Source of the DNA: Curvularia clavata | Taxonomy: Eukaryota | Assembly: GCA_023920165.1 (NCBI GenBank) | Contig: CP089275.1 | Location: forward strand, 310,001 to 374,000 | Length of the DNA: 64,000 bases | Reading direction: 5' to 3' | Shown here: in pieces, positions 12,138 through 26,000 of the stretch | Numbering within the stretch: the stretch's first letter is position 1 | How the letters are laid out: each line of letters opens with the position of its first letter | Program-made: the position numbers and the translations under genes | Notes under the pieces: model-generated | The model's database searches: none | Seen by the model: the letters and a program-made list of their open reading frames with translations, nothing else | Told to the model about the DNA's origin: nothing

Positions 12138-15100
12138 ATGTACAAGGTCAAGGCCGTGTACGACTACTCGTCCCCCCACGAGGATGACCTCGACTTCAAG
12201 GCTGGCCAGGTCATTACCGTCACCGAGGAGGAGGGTGACGACTGGTACGTCGGCGAATACACAGACAATGGCGGCGTCAAGCACGATGGCCTCTTCCCCA
12301 GGAACTTTGTCGAGCGCTACGAGCCCGAGCCGCCACCACGCCCAAACCGGGCCTCACGCTACAAGCCATTGGAGCCGCCCGCTGCACAGGAAGCCCCTCG
12401 TACTCCTCAGATACCTCAGCAGGAGCCCGAGCCAGCACAGCCAGAGGCGCCCCAGCCGCCTAAGCCCCAGCTGCCTCCGGTAGAGGTCCCAGCTGCCGCC
12501 AAAAACACGCCCTTGCCAATGTCGCCCATGTCTCCTCCTTCTGCATCCAGTGCAAAAGCTCCGGAGCCTCTCCAGACGCAACCCGAGGCGGCCAAATCTG
12601 CTGCTCCTGCCAAAAAGCCCCCGCCGCCAGTCGCTGCAAAGTCGAATGCCTTCCGGGACCGTATTGCGGCCTTCAATGCTCCAGCTGCTGCTCCCATCCA
12701 GCCATTCAAGCCGTCCGGCGGTGCACCGACCAACTTCATCAAGAAGCCATTCGTTGCTCCTCCACCAAGCCGCAATGCATACGTCCCTCCCGCTCGCGAG
12801 GCCCCTCCAATCAAGACGTATCGCCGTGAAGAAGACCCGGAAATCGCAGAGCGCCAGGCGCGAGACCGCGAAGATGCAGAGCGTGCAGGTCTTGTCTCTC
12901 ACGATACTCCCAATTCGAATGAAGGTGAAGAGGAGCAACAACCCAAGATCAGCTTGAAAGAAAGAATTGCTCTTCTCCAGAAGCAGCAGCAAGAACAGGC
13001 AGAGAGGGCTGCTGCAATGATGAAGGAAAAGCCTAAGCGACCGCCGGTAGCGAAGAGGGCAGAGTCCCAAGATCGCCAGGCTGATGACAGTGAAGACACT
13101 GGCTTAGAGCGTGTCGGCAGTGGAACCTCCAAGCCTCGTGCTTCGGTCGACCAAGCTCGTCCTCGCACGTCGCAGGATGTCAAGTCGCCCGATTCACAAG
13201 CTATCAATCGCGAGCTCCTTAGCGAGAACGATGCCGACCAGTCAGGCGCCGGCGATACCGAAGACGCTGGCGCTGAGTCTACAAGTGTCGAGGGCGATGA
13301 GGAAAGACCAAAGAGCAGACACCCGCCCCCACCAGCACCTAGGGCTGCTGCCGCCCCCGCGCAAGAGCCCGATGTCGGCGAGGAACAAGGCACCGTAGAA
13401 GAAGATGAGGAGGAAGAGGAAGAGGAAGACGAGATAGATGCGGAAACGAGACGGAAGCTGGAGCTCCGTCAACGTATGGCCAAGATGAGTGGTGGCATGG
13501 GTATGCCCGGTATGTTTGGTGGTATGCCTATGGGAGCTCTTCCTCCCAAGCCACCGAAACCTGCAAAGAAGAAGTCAATCACAGACAAAAAACCCGAGGA
13601 ATCGGAGGGTTACTCTTCGCCTCAACAACCGGTGCCCATGTTCCGTATCCCTCTGCCACAGGCCCAGAAAAAGGAACAAGATGAACCCTCGCTTTCCGTG
13701 GAAAAGGAAGAGGAGGCTCCTCACACAGTTACCGATGCCCACAAAGCAGACGAGGTACCTGATGTAGAAGACGTTGTTACCCAGCCGGTTGAACGCACAC
13801 CCACGGGCGACCACCCCCCGCCTGTTCCATCAGACAGTAAGTTCATGATTCCTCGCAAGCCGATTTCCGCCTTCATACACCACGGTCAAGACTACCTTCA
13901 GGTGCCATTTTCCGAGACATTGTCAAAGACTTATGTGACTTGTGACGGTGTATCGGAATATGTCATGACTGTATGTGTGTCTAGTATGTGTGTGCATTGA
14001 GCTTTGCATCTGTGTCAAACTTGTGGTTTGATGCTTACCCTTCACAGGACGACCAGCACCTCCACCAGTGCCATCAGCTTGTAGGTTATAGCGTAACTAA
14101 ACCCCTTACTCATTCTGACCACGTCTAGCCCGTCCCGCTCCCCCACCGCCGCCTCCACAGGTCGCATCTCCAGGACCTGGCTCCGAGTCTGGCGATGAGA
14201 TGACAGATGCGGCAAACACTCCATCTACTGCTGTGCAATCACCATCCGGAAAGCGAGTTTCCTACTTTGCATCTGGCGAGCAGCAGCACGAAGCATCTGA
14301 AAGACGCGCACCGCCCATTCCAACAGCTGGCCCTCCATCAGCAGCAAGCCGACCACCTCCACCGCCACCACCAACTTCGGCGCCCCCTTCTCGCCATGCG
14401 GATCTACCCATACGAAAGCTGGATCGAACTGAGGGAGAAACAGATTATGAGGGAGACTATGATACTGACATGGCACCTGAGGCAACCCACAAGGATGCTC
14501 TAAAGTCGCATGCTAGAAGCTCAAGCGTTGAAGACGACACCATGACGGATGAGCCGGCTTCGGCACGATCGCCAACTATACCTCATGGTATGCCACCCGT
14601 ACCTCCTGTTCATCGCGCAGTACCGCCCCCTCCTCCTCAACAGCCGCCTGGCCGAACATCAACAGACGCTCCACGTGGTGCTCCTCCCCTACCACCTGTA
14701 CCCCCGCCAAATCGCAGCGCCCAACCAGCAGAGGATGACGATGAGTATGATCCTTTCAAATACACCGGACCTCCACCGCTTGCCGCGTCTCCCGCTCCTA
14801 GGACAGTGCCACCGCCTCCACCAAGTCAACCACCTCCACCCCAAAATCGCCCTCCTCCGCCCATGCCACCATCTATTCCTCCGTCTTTACCTAACCAAAG
14901 AGCTGAGTCTGAGGAGGAAGATGACCTATACTCTTCACCTCCGGCCCGGAAATCGCATGATCGGCCACCACCCCCACCGCCCCAGGCTCCGCCGCACCAA
15001 CATGCTCCACCACCTCTGCCGCAGCAACAAGCACCGCCTCTTCCACCTCAAGAAAGAGCAGCCCCACCTCCGCCTCCACAAGAGTTCCACTCTCCACAAA

Positions 15101-15969
15101 TGCAGCCTATGGACCTACAATCTCGAGTGATGTCGAACCGCAAGTCACTTGATGCAAACCACTTGATGGGTACACGGCAATCTATGGATCAGCTCCGTTC
15201 AGGTTCGATGCAGCATCAAGACTTCATCGCTGAGGAACTTGACCTAGGCGCTTCGTCTCATTGGTGGACTCAACCCAATCTGCTTCCCCCATCACTGCAG
15301 GGTCGTAAGGACGTCATGGTCGATATGAAGGAGTCACAATTGGGCAATACTGTGGAGAAGCTAATCAAGGTCCTCTACTTTGATTACTCACAAACAGTCA
15401 TCTCTGCTCGCTTCGAGGCCAACAACGTTTCTAGTGTCGAGCTTGAGCAACACAAAGAACCACCACCTCCACAACAGCGTCCGGATCAACTCGAGAATGC
15501 CTACGAGCAGTTTGGCCGACAGATTGCCAAAGCTATCGAATCCAAGCAGAACACGGTTGTTGGCAGCGGCACCCCTCATGGTCTGATTGAGGAACTGCTC
15601 AAGCCTTTTGCTGACGCCCTTCCACCAGTCTCGACTCGCTCATACGGTGCGCTGGTTTATGCCAACCTGGCTAATGCATCCACCCAGTCCTTTGACGAAA
15701 TACGCCCTGGTGACATCATTAGTTTCCGCAATGCCAAGTTCCAAGGCAAGGCCGGACCCATGCATGCCAAATACAACATGGATGTCGGCAAACCGGACCA
15801 CGTTGCTGTAGTCGTAGAGTGGGACGGCAGCAAGAAGAAGGTGCGCGCGTGGGAACAAGGACGTGAGCACAAAAAGGTCAAGCCTGAGAGCTTCAAGATG
15901 GGTGATTTGAGGTCTGGAGAAGTACGGGTTTGGCGTGTAATGAGTAAGAGTTGGATTGGGTGGAACTGA
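12138..15969 (+). CDS. BBC1: SH3-domain, proline-rich actin-patch protein (Bbc1/Mti1-like); exons 12138-13836, 14048-14080, 14129-15969
   Basis: N-terminal SH3 (VKAVYDY...DLDF...DDWY...GLFPRNFV), SLKERIALLQ, polyproline tracts and conserved C-terminal domain (DEIRPGDII, VVVEWDGSKKKVRAWEQ). GT-AG introns join the two ORFs in frame. Confidence 0.8.
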
Positions 15970-16678
15970 GGAGGGATGCAGTGTGGGAAAATGACAGTTG
16001 GTTGATCGCGAGTGTAATCAGTAGTCAGCAAGCGTGTGTGATAGTGTGTGTCTGTGTGTCTCATTTGATAGTCTTGAACAGTCCATCGCAATGCTGTTAA
16101 GAAGCTCATTTGTTGTATGCTTTCGCGATCGTTGGGGCCTACAAGTCGCTCGCGCCATGTCTCTGGTGGGTGCAGCGACGTTTTCCACGAGAACAAGAAA
16201 AAAAAATGTAGAGATATTGCCGTTGTGAGATTAGGGCTTACGTCAGAAGTTTGATTTTTGAAGGGTTTAAGCAGACGACGAAGAGAACAAAAGAAGAGTG
16301 AAGATGCGAAGTAACAATGGGGTACTTGACCTGTACGCTTGGTATGAGCATTTGTTGTCGTTGTGATATGTGTCTGATAGCATAGCCATGAGAAACCTTC
16401 GAGCAGGCTGTAACTGTCTTAACATTGCCGTAGCCTACATACCATCTTTAATTCGGCAAATAACCAATTTGAGCCGCATGGTCATGGGTTGGCTGGCTTA
16501 CATACTTTCCCACCGTTTTCTGCAGCAAATAAGCATGCCGGGAAATGATGCAAGAGGCTTGATTTGTCTTCGCCCTCCAAAAACCTCGGGTTGGCCAAAA
16601 CCCCCCTAAAGCTCGGTTTTTAATAACGCCGATAAAATGCGAGAATACCGACCGTGCGGGAAAAACGGCGTGGGCAAG

Positions 16679-16972
16679 TTACTAAATAGCGAAAAAAGCT
16701 AGAGCCAAGGGCGCTGGATGTGTGTAGAAGGGCGCTATTCTAATTTCCCGCAAGCGAAAAAAAGGGCGGGTGTGGATGGAGAGCATAGTAGCAGGAAACT
16801 CCTAAAGGGGATATTTCTCGGAGAAAGAGCGGGCTTTTTTCCGTGGTTCTTTGGTATTGTATGTATGATTGATAAGATGCATGTATGTTAGGCATCGCGG
16901 ATAAGACAAAAATGACGTTGCGTTTGCATTCGCCACAACCACAAAAACAAAAGCTTGGAATTTGCTTAGTAA
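16679..16972. promoter_or_regulatory. Two putative Yap1/AP-1 response elements upstream of the MFS gene
   Basis: TTACTAA at 16679-16685 and TTAGTAA at 16966-16972, 340-630 bp before the ATG. Confidence 0.45.
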
Positions 16973-17309
16973 AGTGTACCCCGCAGGATTCGGGAGACCA
17001 CTTAAGGAGTTTTGCAAATCGCCGGTGTGCCCAGATAAGAAGAAAACATACGAAGCACGGGGTTTAGGTAAAGGGCGAAGCGAGGCGATACCAATGGAGG
17101 GACCGTATGAGGAGCGATCGTCAATTTAGTAGCGGGTTTCAAAGGGCCCTTAAGTCCGGGAATAACGACATACTACATGAACGAACGCCATGTGACGCGC
17201 CTGCAGGATAGATACTTAAGGGTTCCTGTGTTCCCTGTTATCGGGGGTCTAGGTTCAATCGATTGAAATAATTTGCGACACGTCCTTTGGGTTTTTCTCT
17301 TCCATTGCA

Positions 17310-19050
17310 ATGGCAGAACAGTCCCCTACGACGACAACCTCCACGCATGCACCCATGGCATCACAACTCGATAACCCCCAACATGTCCCCGCAGAGGCGG
17401 ACTGGGAAAAGAGTCAAGACGACGCAAATCTCACGAGCGAAACTCCCCCCGACCTTGAAAAGGGATCCTCATCTGACGAAGAGGTCGCGACGCCGGCTCC
17501 TGCTCCAGCACAGAATAAGGACGAATTCCTTGTTGAATTCGACGGCCCAAATGACCCTGATAATCCAAAGAACTGGCCGCCCAAACGGAGATGGGGGATC
17601 ACGGCTGCAATGGGGTCTATGGTATTTACCGTCACGTTTGCCAGTTCGATCTTCAGTGTGAATCTTGCTGTTATAAAAGAGCTTTTTGATGTCGAGCTTG
17701 TCACGGCTACGCTCGGTGTTGCGCTGTTTGTTCTTGTACGTTAGATCCCTCTGTCTAGAACCCTTGATACAAACTGTGGACTTGATAGCTAATTCTTCTC
17801 GATTTTTAGGGATTCGTATTTGGACCCATCGTGTTTGGACCCATGTCTGAGGTCCTGGGCCGCAGGATTCCACTCTTCTTTGGCTTTGCACTCTTCGCTA
17901 TCTTCCAGATACCTGTCGCCCTTGCACGGAATATGGCAACTGTTTGCGTCGGGCGCTTCCTAGGTGGCTTCTTTGCGGCTGCACCGCTTGCGGTCACCGG
18001 TGGTGCTCTGGCAGACTTGTGGGATCCGATTCCTCGTTCGTACGCTATTTGTATATTTGCGGCTGGAGGCTTTGCAGGACCTGTCGCAGGACCCATTGCC
18101 GGTGGCTTCATCACAGAGTCGCATCTGGGATGGAGGTGGACGTCCTGGATTACGCTAATTATGGCTGGTCTGTTTGGCGTCATCGGATGCTTTGTCGTGC
18201 CAGAAACTTCGGCAGCTAGGATACTCCAACTCCGCGCTGCCCGACTGCGTAAAGAGACCGGAAACACGCAGTACCATGCTGCTGCGGATGCGAACAAGTT
18301 GACTGTGGATCGAGTCGTCAACGTCTACCTCTTAAGGCCTTTCGTCATGTTCGCCCAGGAGCCCATCCTGGCTCTTGTGACAGCTTACATGAGCTTCCTG
18401 TACGGCATTGTTTATCTCCTTTTCGAGGCTGTAAGTCGTCCCTTTCACTCCCCTGTCACTTCTAGTTTGCTTACACAAACCCACAGTTCCCAGTCTCGTT
18501 CTACGAAGAGCGCGGCTGGTCCCTTGGTGTTTCGCAGCTTCCGTTTGCCGCCTTCATTGTCGGAATCCTCATGGGCGCAGGCATAATCGCCTACAGCTCC
18601 GCCACAAACTTTACGCGCGCATACCAAAAGCACGGCAAGGTCATTCCCGAAGAGCGTCTGCCACCCATGATCGTTGGAGCCATCGCCCTTCCAGCCGGTC
18701 TATTTTGGTTTGCCTGGACAAGCAATCCGCATATCATATGGGTACCGCAGGTGCTTTCCGTCGCCTTACTTGGATTTGGTTGCATGGTTCCTTTTTGGCA
18801 GGGCATGAGCTACATCATCGACTGCTACGGGTTCTATTCCAACAGCGCCATCGCAGTCAATACCTTTATCCGATCGTTCGCCGGCGCCTTTTTCCCCCTC
18901 TTCACACACGCCATGTACCACAACCTTGGAGTTCCGTGGGCGACATCTCTACTGGGCTTCATCTGTGTTGCCTTTGTACCTGTGCCGGTACTGTTTTACA
19001 TCTATGGCGCGAAGATAAGAGCGAAGAGCAAATGGGCCCCAACGGCATAG
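17310..19050 (+). CDS. MFS drug:H+ antiporter (DHA1 family, Flr1/Tpo1-like); exons 17310-17735, 17810-18430, 18487-19050
   Basis: FDGPNDPDNPKNW, GPMSEVLGRR, RFLGGFF, GWRWTSW, PETS and PEERL motifs; many TM segments; canonical introns restore the frame. Confidence 0.92.
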
Positions 19051-21835
19051 CAAGGGAGCTGCGGTTTGACTTGAAAAGTATTGAAGCGTAATTGACATAG
19101 GTTGTTGGCTGCATACAATCCTAACATGCAACATTTAATCCTTACCTTGTGTTGTAGATATTATACTCATCCAATAGTAAAAATACAACAGTTGTCAATG
19201 TTGCTTGCCTTGAGGAGGAAATAGCAAAGATCTGCTTTGTGAGACTGCTGCATGTTGCTGGACACTACCGAGACCACACTGGCAATGATAAATCTGTCGA
19301 ACTTACCACCGCTTAGAGTTGAATGATAGTTCCTCCTGGATTATGCCCGTATGGAGTCTGGGCCACTTTGAAAAGACATGGCTTGAATGTGTTCTGTAAC
19401 GAACATTACCATGCTCTTTACCTTGTTTTATTTATTGTCTTGATTTTTAATGAAAATATGAGTTGGTAGCATCGTCTTATTGTAGTGCGAGCGTAATATT
19501 TATATCTTACCGTTTACTATACACACTTGCAATAGCCATTCTAGCATGTACATGGCAACATCGAATTCTTGATTGCATATGTGCGAAGGTTTTCAATGCA
19601 AGAACAGGAGTTGTGTCACTTACAACCGCCTGTCCCAAAGAGATAGCTCAATGTTATTTTTTCGCCAATGTACTGCATTCTGTAATGGATCTAGTACATG
19701 TGGTGAATCACATTCAGTTGTGGGGATGGCATCGTCTCCGATGTGAGGCTCAGCTTGCATGCTGCGCCAGGCTGCCACACGCCCTGTGAATTACCTCTGT
19801 CTGTTGACTTACCACGACAAGGAAATTGCTCTTTGTTTTTCTAAATCCAGATTCGAAGCTTGCAAGCGGCAGTCACAGCTGTTCTTGAGCGCGACACGCA
19901 TGTGCTCTGCACAGGAAATTACTGGCCTATAAACTGGTCGTCGACCCTGCACATCCTGCAGACACTAGGTCCGTACACCCAGGGGCGCACATACAGACGC
20001 ACGATCAATACCACTTTGATAATGTTTTGAAAGCTGTCGGCAGTTGTCTTTGCGGCTGTACTGCTCGGTGTCATGCCAGCAGGCCCCGCTGGTGTTAGCT
20101 GATGCAGAGACACGAAGCCGCATCGATAACGATCCTTATATGAGCTTCTCAACAGGAGCCGGGGCTCATACAGCTTGTGTCATCGGTAGGAGCTATCGGT
20201 AGCTTCCTATAGTATCTAGCAGTTGCAGTAAGGATGGGAGAGGTTTCGTGATGTTGACTCGGTTTCTTCGGCGAATTTCTCGGTCGCTCTCCCTGCCACA
20301 AGCACGCGATGGTCTGAGGCAAGAATAGCCGAGCCGTACGAAGACAGCTGCCCCAGCGCAGACGACAGAGGACTCCGTTCATCATCGACGTCGTCGGGCT
20401 GAGTGAGGGGAGAGTGGTGGTGGTACTGAGGGACAACTAATCGTCGAAGCAACCAACTAAGTAGAAGTCGGTCCGTGCATGTGGTGTCCCCTCGGGCAGC
20501 TCAGCAACGCCATTCAGACGTCGAGAAGCTTCTTACTTAGCTGGAGGAGCTGCTCGCGATACATAGGAGCCTTTTTAGCGAATCTAGTAGCTCATTTTGA
20601 GGGGAAAAGACATGACGTTAATGGTGTGAGTGAGGAGAGCTCTGCGCAGCCACGAAAAAATTGAAGAGCCAACCCAGACACCATCGCCATCAGCGTCGAG
20701 AGCGCTCAACAAACTTAAATGGGGATGCAGAAGGCTCCCTCAGTTTCAGAAGGGCCATTTCTGTCTCGAAGGCAGATTCGGGACTTGATGTCAACGTATG
20801 CTTGTCGCTGGGAGAGCGTGAGGCGCGTCGTCACGACAGACTCCAGCAGCCAGCGTAACGCCGACACTATGAGCCATATGCAAGGAGTTTCTTCCACGGG
20901 AAGCATGAGAGATGAAGTTCTGCTCATTGAGTCATCAAGGAAAGGGGATGACAGAGGGGAGAGATGGCCCAAGGTATTGCCGTACAATGTTGCAGACGTG
21001 GGATCACAAAGCAGGTCTTTGTCCCTATGGCGACCGCTACGATCAGAACATGCCAACCCCTCCTCCTATCCAACTCTTGGCACTCTGTCTGGGTTGCCCG
21101 CTTTCCTCTCACATAGTGCGAATCTCTATTTAGGAGAGCATAATACGCAAAAGATGTTGTGACAACATCTTGACCTCGTCTCTCAATCAACTTCAGCTCC
21201 TGCACGATTTGCACCCAAACTCTATTACCAAAGGCTCGATTCCATGCAAATATTGTCAGAGGCCGCCCCGAAAACCATATGGTTGAACCGGTTAACCTCT
21301 TAGCGAAAAGATTTCTGTCGGCTGATCAAGAAAATGAGGGATTTGTGGTGATCTCTCAGTCCACAATCATACATTTCATAAGGTGTCTTCTCGAGACTGC
21401 GCCTATTTGCATGCCTGAAAAGGTTATATAATATGCACAGTCCCAGCACATATTGAAGGCTTTTCTCATAAATGAAGCGAAAAACAAGGACCCGGAGGTT
21501 GGCGAATGCAATCTAAACCGAACAATTGTTTGAAGATATTTGAATCGTAACAATTGCACGCACGGAAGCTGCAGGCTAACTCGTGGGAGATGTCAACTTG
21601 TAGAGATGTCAAAACACTTCTCCGTGGTTTCTGCTACAGTTGTGAATAGCTATCTGCATATAAGTTGTACCCAATCTTGGATAAAGCCCACAAACAACCA
21701 AGCAACGAAGACGATCAAAAGATTCAAGACCACTGTCAACAACAAGCCATTGAGTTCAGCCACCAACAGCGCTATTGCACGCCAGGATACCCCATCCTCC
21801 GATAACCAAGAAGAAAACAACAGAACACGCGTAGC

Positions 21836-23093
21836 CTAAGACCCACCCGATATAACACCCGTGAGCTGAATAGCATCGTCCACCAAGTCGTTGAGCTGAT
21901 CGAATTCTCCTTGCAGCCACCTATCCAGCACAACCTGATCCTCGCTAACAAATGTCTTGCGCTCGGCAGGTAGGACGGCTGTGCATTCCTTTAGGTCATT
22001 GATGTTATTGACGCCGAGCAACGACAAACGTGTGTAGGCCTTGGAATAGTCCTTTATTCTATGTTAACTCTGGAATTCAGACTCAGTCAAGGCAAATACA
22101 TACCGCGTTCCATCTTCCCTGTGCAGTGGCCCTGTCACTAAACGCGGCCCAAGATGCGATCGTTCTCGAGTCCTTGCTCAAATTGATGTCGCTTTGGAAC
22201 TTGATGACGCGAGGAGGCGGGTTGTTCGTTGTCTGAGGATAGAACGCCATATCCCATACACCGGGCGTTGAGTCTTGTGGGTCACCGCTGCGGCTCGTGT
22301 CGACAAAGTGCTGCTGCGACGTTGTGTGCGCGCCTACGAGAGCAACAAGGTCGTGTGCGTCAATGGTCTTGTCTTGAAAGAGCTTGATGAGTTTATCCGC
22401 AGAGTCCTTTTCGCCAGGAAGGAGACCTGTAGGTCCTGCTTTGCTATTGTCTTTGCGGCCGACGAAGGTGCGGATGCGAGGACCCAATGGACAAACGACC
22501 GTTGCCACATTGGCACCGAACTGGATGATATCGGCCATACTCATACCATACTGATTGTATTTAGTGTACCACTTCTTTGTCTGTTCGGCAATGGATGCCA
22601 GGCCATTGTTATCCACTCGGGACATCTCATCGCTGAGAAGAATGCTGCCGTCCGCGCCACCGTAGCCGCTGCTCTTGGACCAGACACCTGCATCGTGGAA
22701 GCCTAGGCGAACAGCTTGGCGAGCAAACTTGTTGCAGCGGCCAGAGGTACCGTTGAACTTGGCTGTCATCTCATACGCGAGCCATTTCCAGTGGCAGCAT
22801 GGGTCGGCTTTGCAAGCTGCACTGCCAATGTTGCCAGCAGGAATCGAGTTGTCAATAGTGGCAGACTCTGCATTCTTCTGGTCCAAGAGGATGGCTTTGA
22901 TGTCCTTGCCGATGCTTGTGAGCTTCGAGTCTGAGAGAGTCTTGAGGTCGCCAATGAGTTCTTTGGAGGCTTGACGCTTCTGGCGAGCAGCCAGGTAGCG
23001 CATTTCCTCCATCGTATCGCCCATCCCTGGATGGGCTTCCGTCAGGGAGACGCACGCCAGAAGGGCATAACTGATGTAGGAGAGAGTCTTCAT
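21836..23093 (-). CDS. Secreted class II heme peroxidase (AA2-like); exons 23093-22104, 22051-21836
   Basis: Signal peptide, distal RLGFHDA, GGADGS, proximal DLVALVGAHT, DSTPGVWD, FQSD. A 52-nt intron gives WNA|DYSKAYTRLSLLGV. Confidence 0.9.
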
Positions 23094-26000
23094 TGCAACG
23101 TATCGTATCTAAACGAAGAAACAAAGCCAATGGAAGGTGAGAAAGAGTCTGAACAGCTGAATCGCTGCGATTCTCACGGCTTTTATATCAATTTGTTTAC
23201 AGAAGCATGAGTACAGATTTCACGCTCTAGTCGCGCCATGCATTTGCAGTCAACAATGATTTGCTAGCCACAATAGATTAAACTTCTGTTTCAGAAGCCA
23301 TGAAAAGGACCGCAGGAACTTGAGGATAGATGAATACGAGCACTCTGAACTTTGGACTTAACCCGGTGAATACCGTAGGATAATCATGGCGTCGATCCAT
23401 CGGTTCTGGCCATCCTCTAGTCGCCTAGGGCTTGAGAGCGTCTTCCAAAGGGAGCTGGACTTTCCAGTCTAGTGATAGCTGATCACCAAGAGACAGATGG
23501 AGTCCAGATCATTGGTTGAACGAGCGAAGTGCCGAGTAACATGCGCCTAGATGGCGGATCCATACACATGAAGAAATCCCAGGCTCAGAAAGCTGCAGTA
23601 ATACGTAAAGTAAATTGCACATGCTATTTTGAGCTTGGTGCGGGCTACAGATATGCAGCAGGATCTGCTGTGTTGTGATATGGAAAGTCTGGTTCAGCTT
23701 TGGTCTTCGTGATACTTTCATACCCTCGGAAACTTGAAATCGCAATGCTCTCAGAATCAGGGAAGTGTGTTTTTGCGAACCGCCCTCGTGTCCCACTTCC
23801 AAAGCCATTGACTGATCAAAGATGAACAAAAACTTCCAAGTACTATACCGAGGGTTAAAAAGATTGGTACTCCCATTCAAGCAGATGCAGTGATATATTG
23901 AATGCGTACCTGGTACGAGCTCTTGGCATGCATACTGCGATGCTATTCTTAGCCTATCCTGGTTAATTCTTTCCAGGTCCGAGGTTGTTGGATCACGCAG
24001 GTGCAATCTCGACCCGTCCATGGTGCGACGCTGCATACATTAGCTCTTCAGCCTCACCGTCAAAGTATCTTCCCAGAGACATATCGAGAACATTTCTGGA
24101 AAATTTGTCACTCTTGTGCCCAGATAAACCCGACTTGCTTATCAGAGCAAGGAGGTTCGATACGTTGAGGCTCAACTTGCGTAACCAAATCTTGACTTGC
24201 AGAAGTCGTGAGGACGCTTGTAACCAGCCGGTAAGCTGCATGGCTGGCAACGCACAAAGGCAATGTACATTTAGCCGGATAACGTACAGCACTCGACATG
24301 TTCAGGTCAATATCGCAGAACCATACTGATCCTCAAGTTCTTGGCCGTATGCTTGGTACGCTCAGCTCCTCAAGTGGCGTCCATTTTGTAGGAATTCCCG
24401 GTACCGAGGCAGCAGGGGTTGAGCAAACACCCGGGACGATCAGGAAATGAGTCAGGTTGCAATCGGTGAGCTCGATAACCGAAAGTATTGCAAAGCTTGA
24501 ACTGTTCATAGTTTTCCAGGTATGATATTTATTTGATCGCAACGCAGGGTAGATTCGACACGCTTGCTCTGCTAGAACCACGCTTCAACAATCTGAGCAA
24601 ATGAGACTGAAAGAGCAGGTGGGCTTTCACCTGGTTGCATGATCTTCGCTGAAATCTACAACTACATCGGAGACCAGTACACGTTCAAGTAAAAGCCATC
24701 ACTTATTCACAGTGAAACTCAGAGTCGAACAACGTTTCCAAAAGAAACTCTAACAGTTGGCGGTCTGAGAGTTATGAGACCGCATTCTCGCTATATCAGA
24801 CCCTTGGAGATGAATTAGTAGATGTACATTACATTGCGCGCGAGTAGTAGAATGAGAGACAAGGTGAGCTGATAGTGTGGGGCTGACCATCGACCCTACC
24901 TAACCTAGACTAAGTAAGCCTAGAGAGGTATAAACCAACCACGTTTGGTCTATGAGGCTTTTGTATACCATATTGTTTGTTGCCTTCTGCGCCGACGAGT
25001 TTGCTCTTCTATGGAGATCATTGCATCTTACTCGACTTCATCATTCATCTCAAGACCACTGAGCAACTCGTGTTGAGTTCTCCGCCAACTTCGCTATCCT
25101 ATGAACAGACCAGAGCGGCTCTCCTAGACTCGTCTAGCTTCGTTGAAACAATCTCCTCAGACCCTATATACTCAATTTTTGTCAAGTCTACTATGCTATG
25201 AAATACTCAGAAGCCGTCTCAGCGACCATCAAACTGTAGCTAGGAAGAACTGAGACAGCAAATTGTTAATTAGGCGATAGCCAGCCAGAGATATCAAAGT
25301 GATCTGTTTAGACAGTTGTATTAATACCTCCAATTACTAAGCTAATCGACGACTCCGAGTTGAACGAAATTGTCCGTCTTAGGTTATTTTGCAGTGCTGT
25401 TTGAAGTTACTCCTTTCTGACTACACTGATTGTGTAAGCGTCGTTCTAAATTGAATCTTGTTGATATTAGTAAATAGACCATCCCCTAAGCCGTGTCACT
25501 GTGCACGAAAACAAGGGTAATCTCCTTGCCTTTTTCGATAAGAATCAATTCCGGCCCATGGAGACGACTGGACCCCTGTAAAATAGAGCTTTGTACTCGT
25601 TGCGATCGAAGCTACGCTGACGTCAAAAAACGCCGTCTCAATTAATACTATCTATCACTCATTGAACGACGTATCTTCTTGATTCAAAGATTCCCCACAT
25701 CCCATATTACATCTATGGTACATTGACACAGGCCCTATGATCTGGCTAACCAAGTTTGACTCATTATATCCCTTTAGAAGAAAATAGAGAGAGGGTAATT
25801 TGAAGAATTGACGAGAGTTAGTGGCGAAATAAGGCAGTTTGGGCCACTGAATTAGAAGACATGGCTACCCGTCCGCAACTATTTGTGATAGTGGCGACCA
25901 GTGTTATGGGAAATGGAGCACATGCCTGGCAGGAGATATATATAGCGAGATATTAGCTACTATCTGTCTCAAAAACCATCTATTTATCATCCATCCATTA

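Noticed and set aside
19900..21250. Short ORFs between the MFS and peroxidase genes
   Set aside because: No recognisable domain or consistent splice model.
17310..23093. MFS plus peroxidase (and the distant monooxygenase) as a secondary-metabolite cluster
   Set aside because: No PKS, NRPS, terpene synthase or cluster transcription factor in the window; the genes are interspersed with housekeeping genes.
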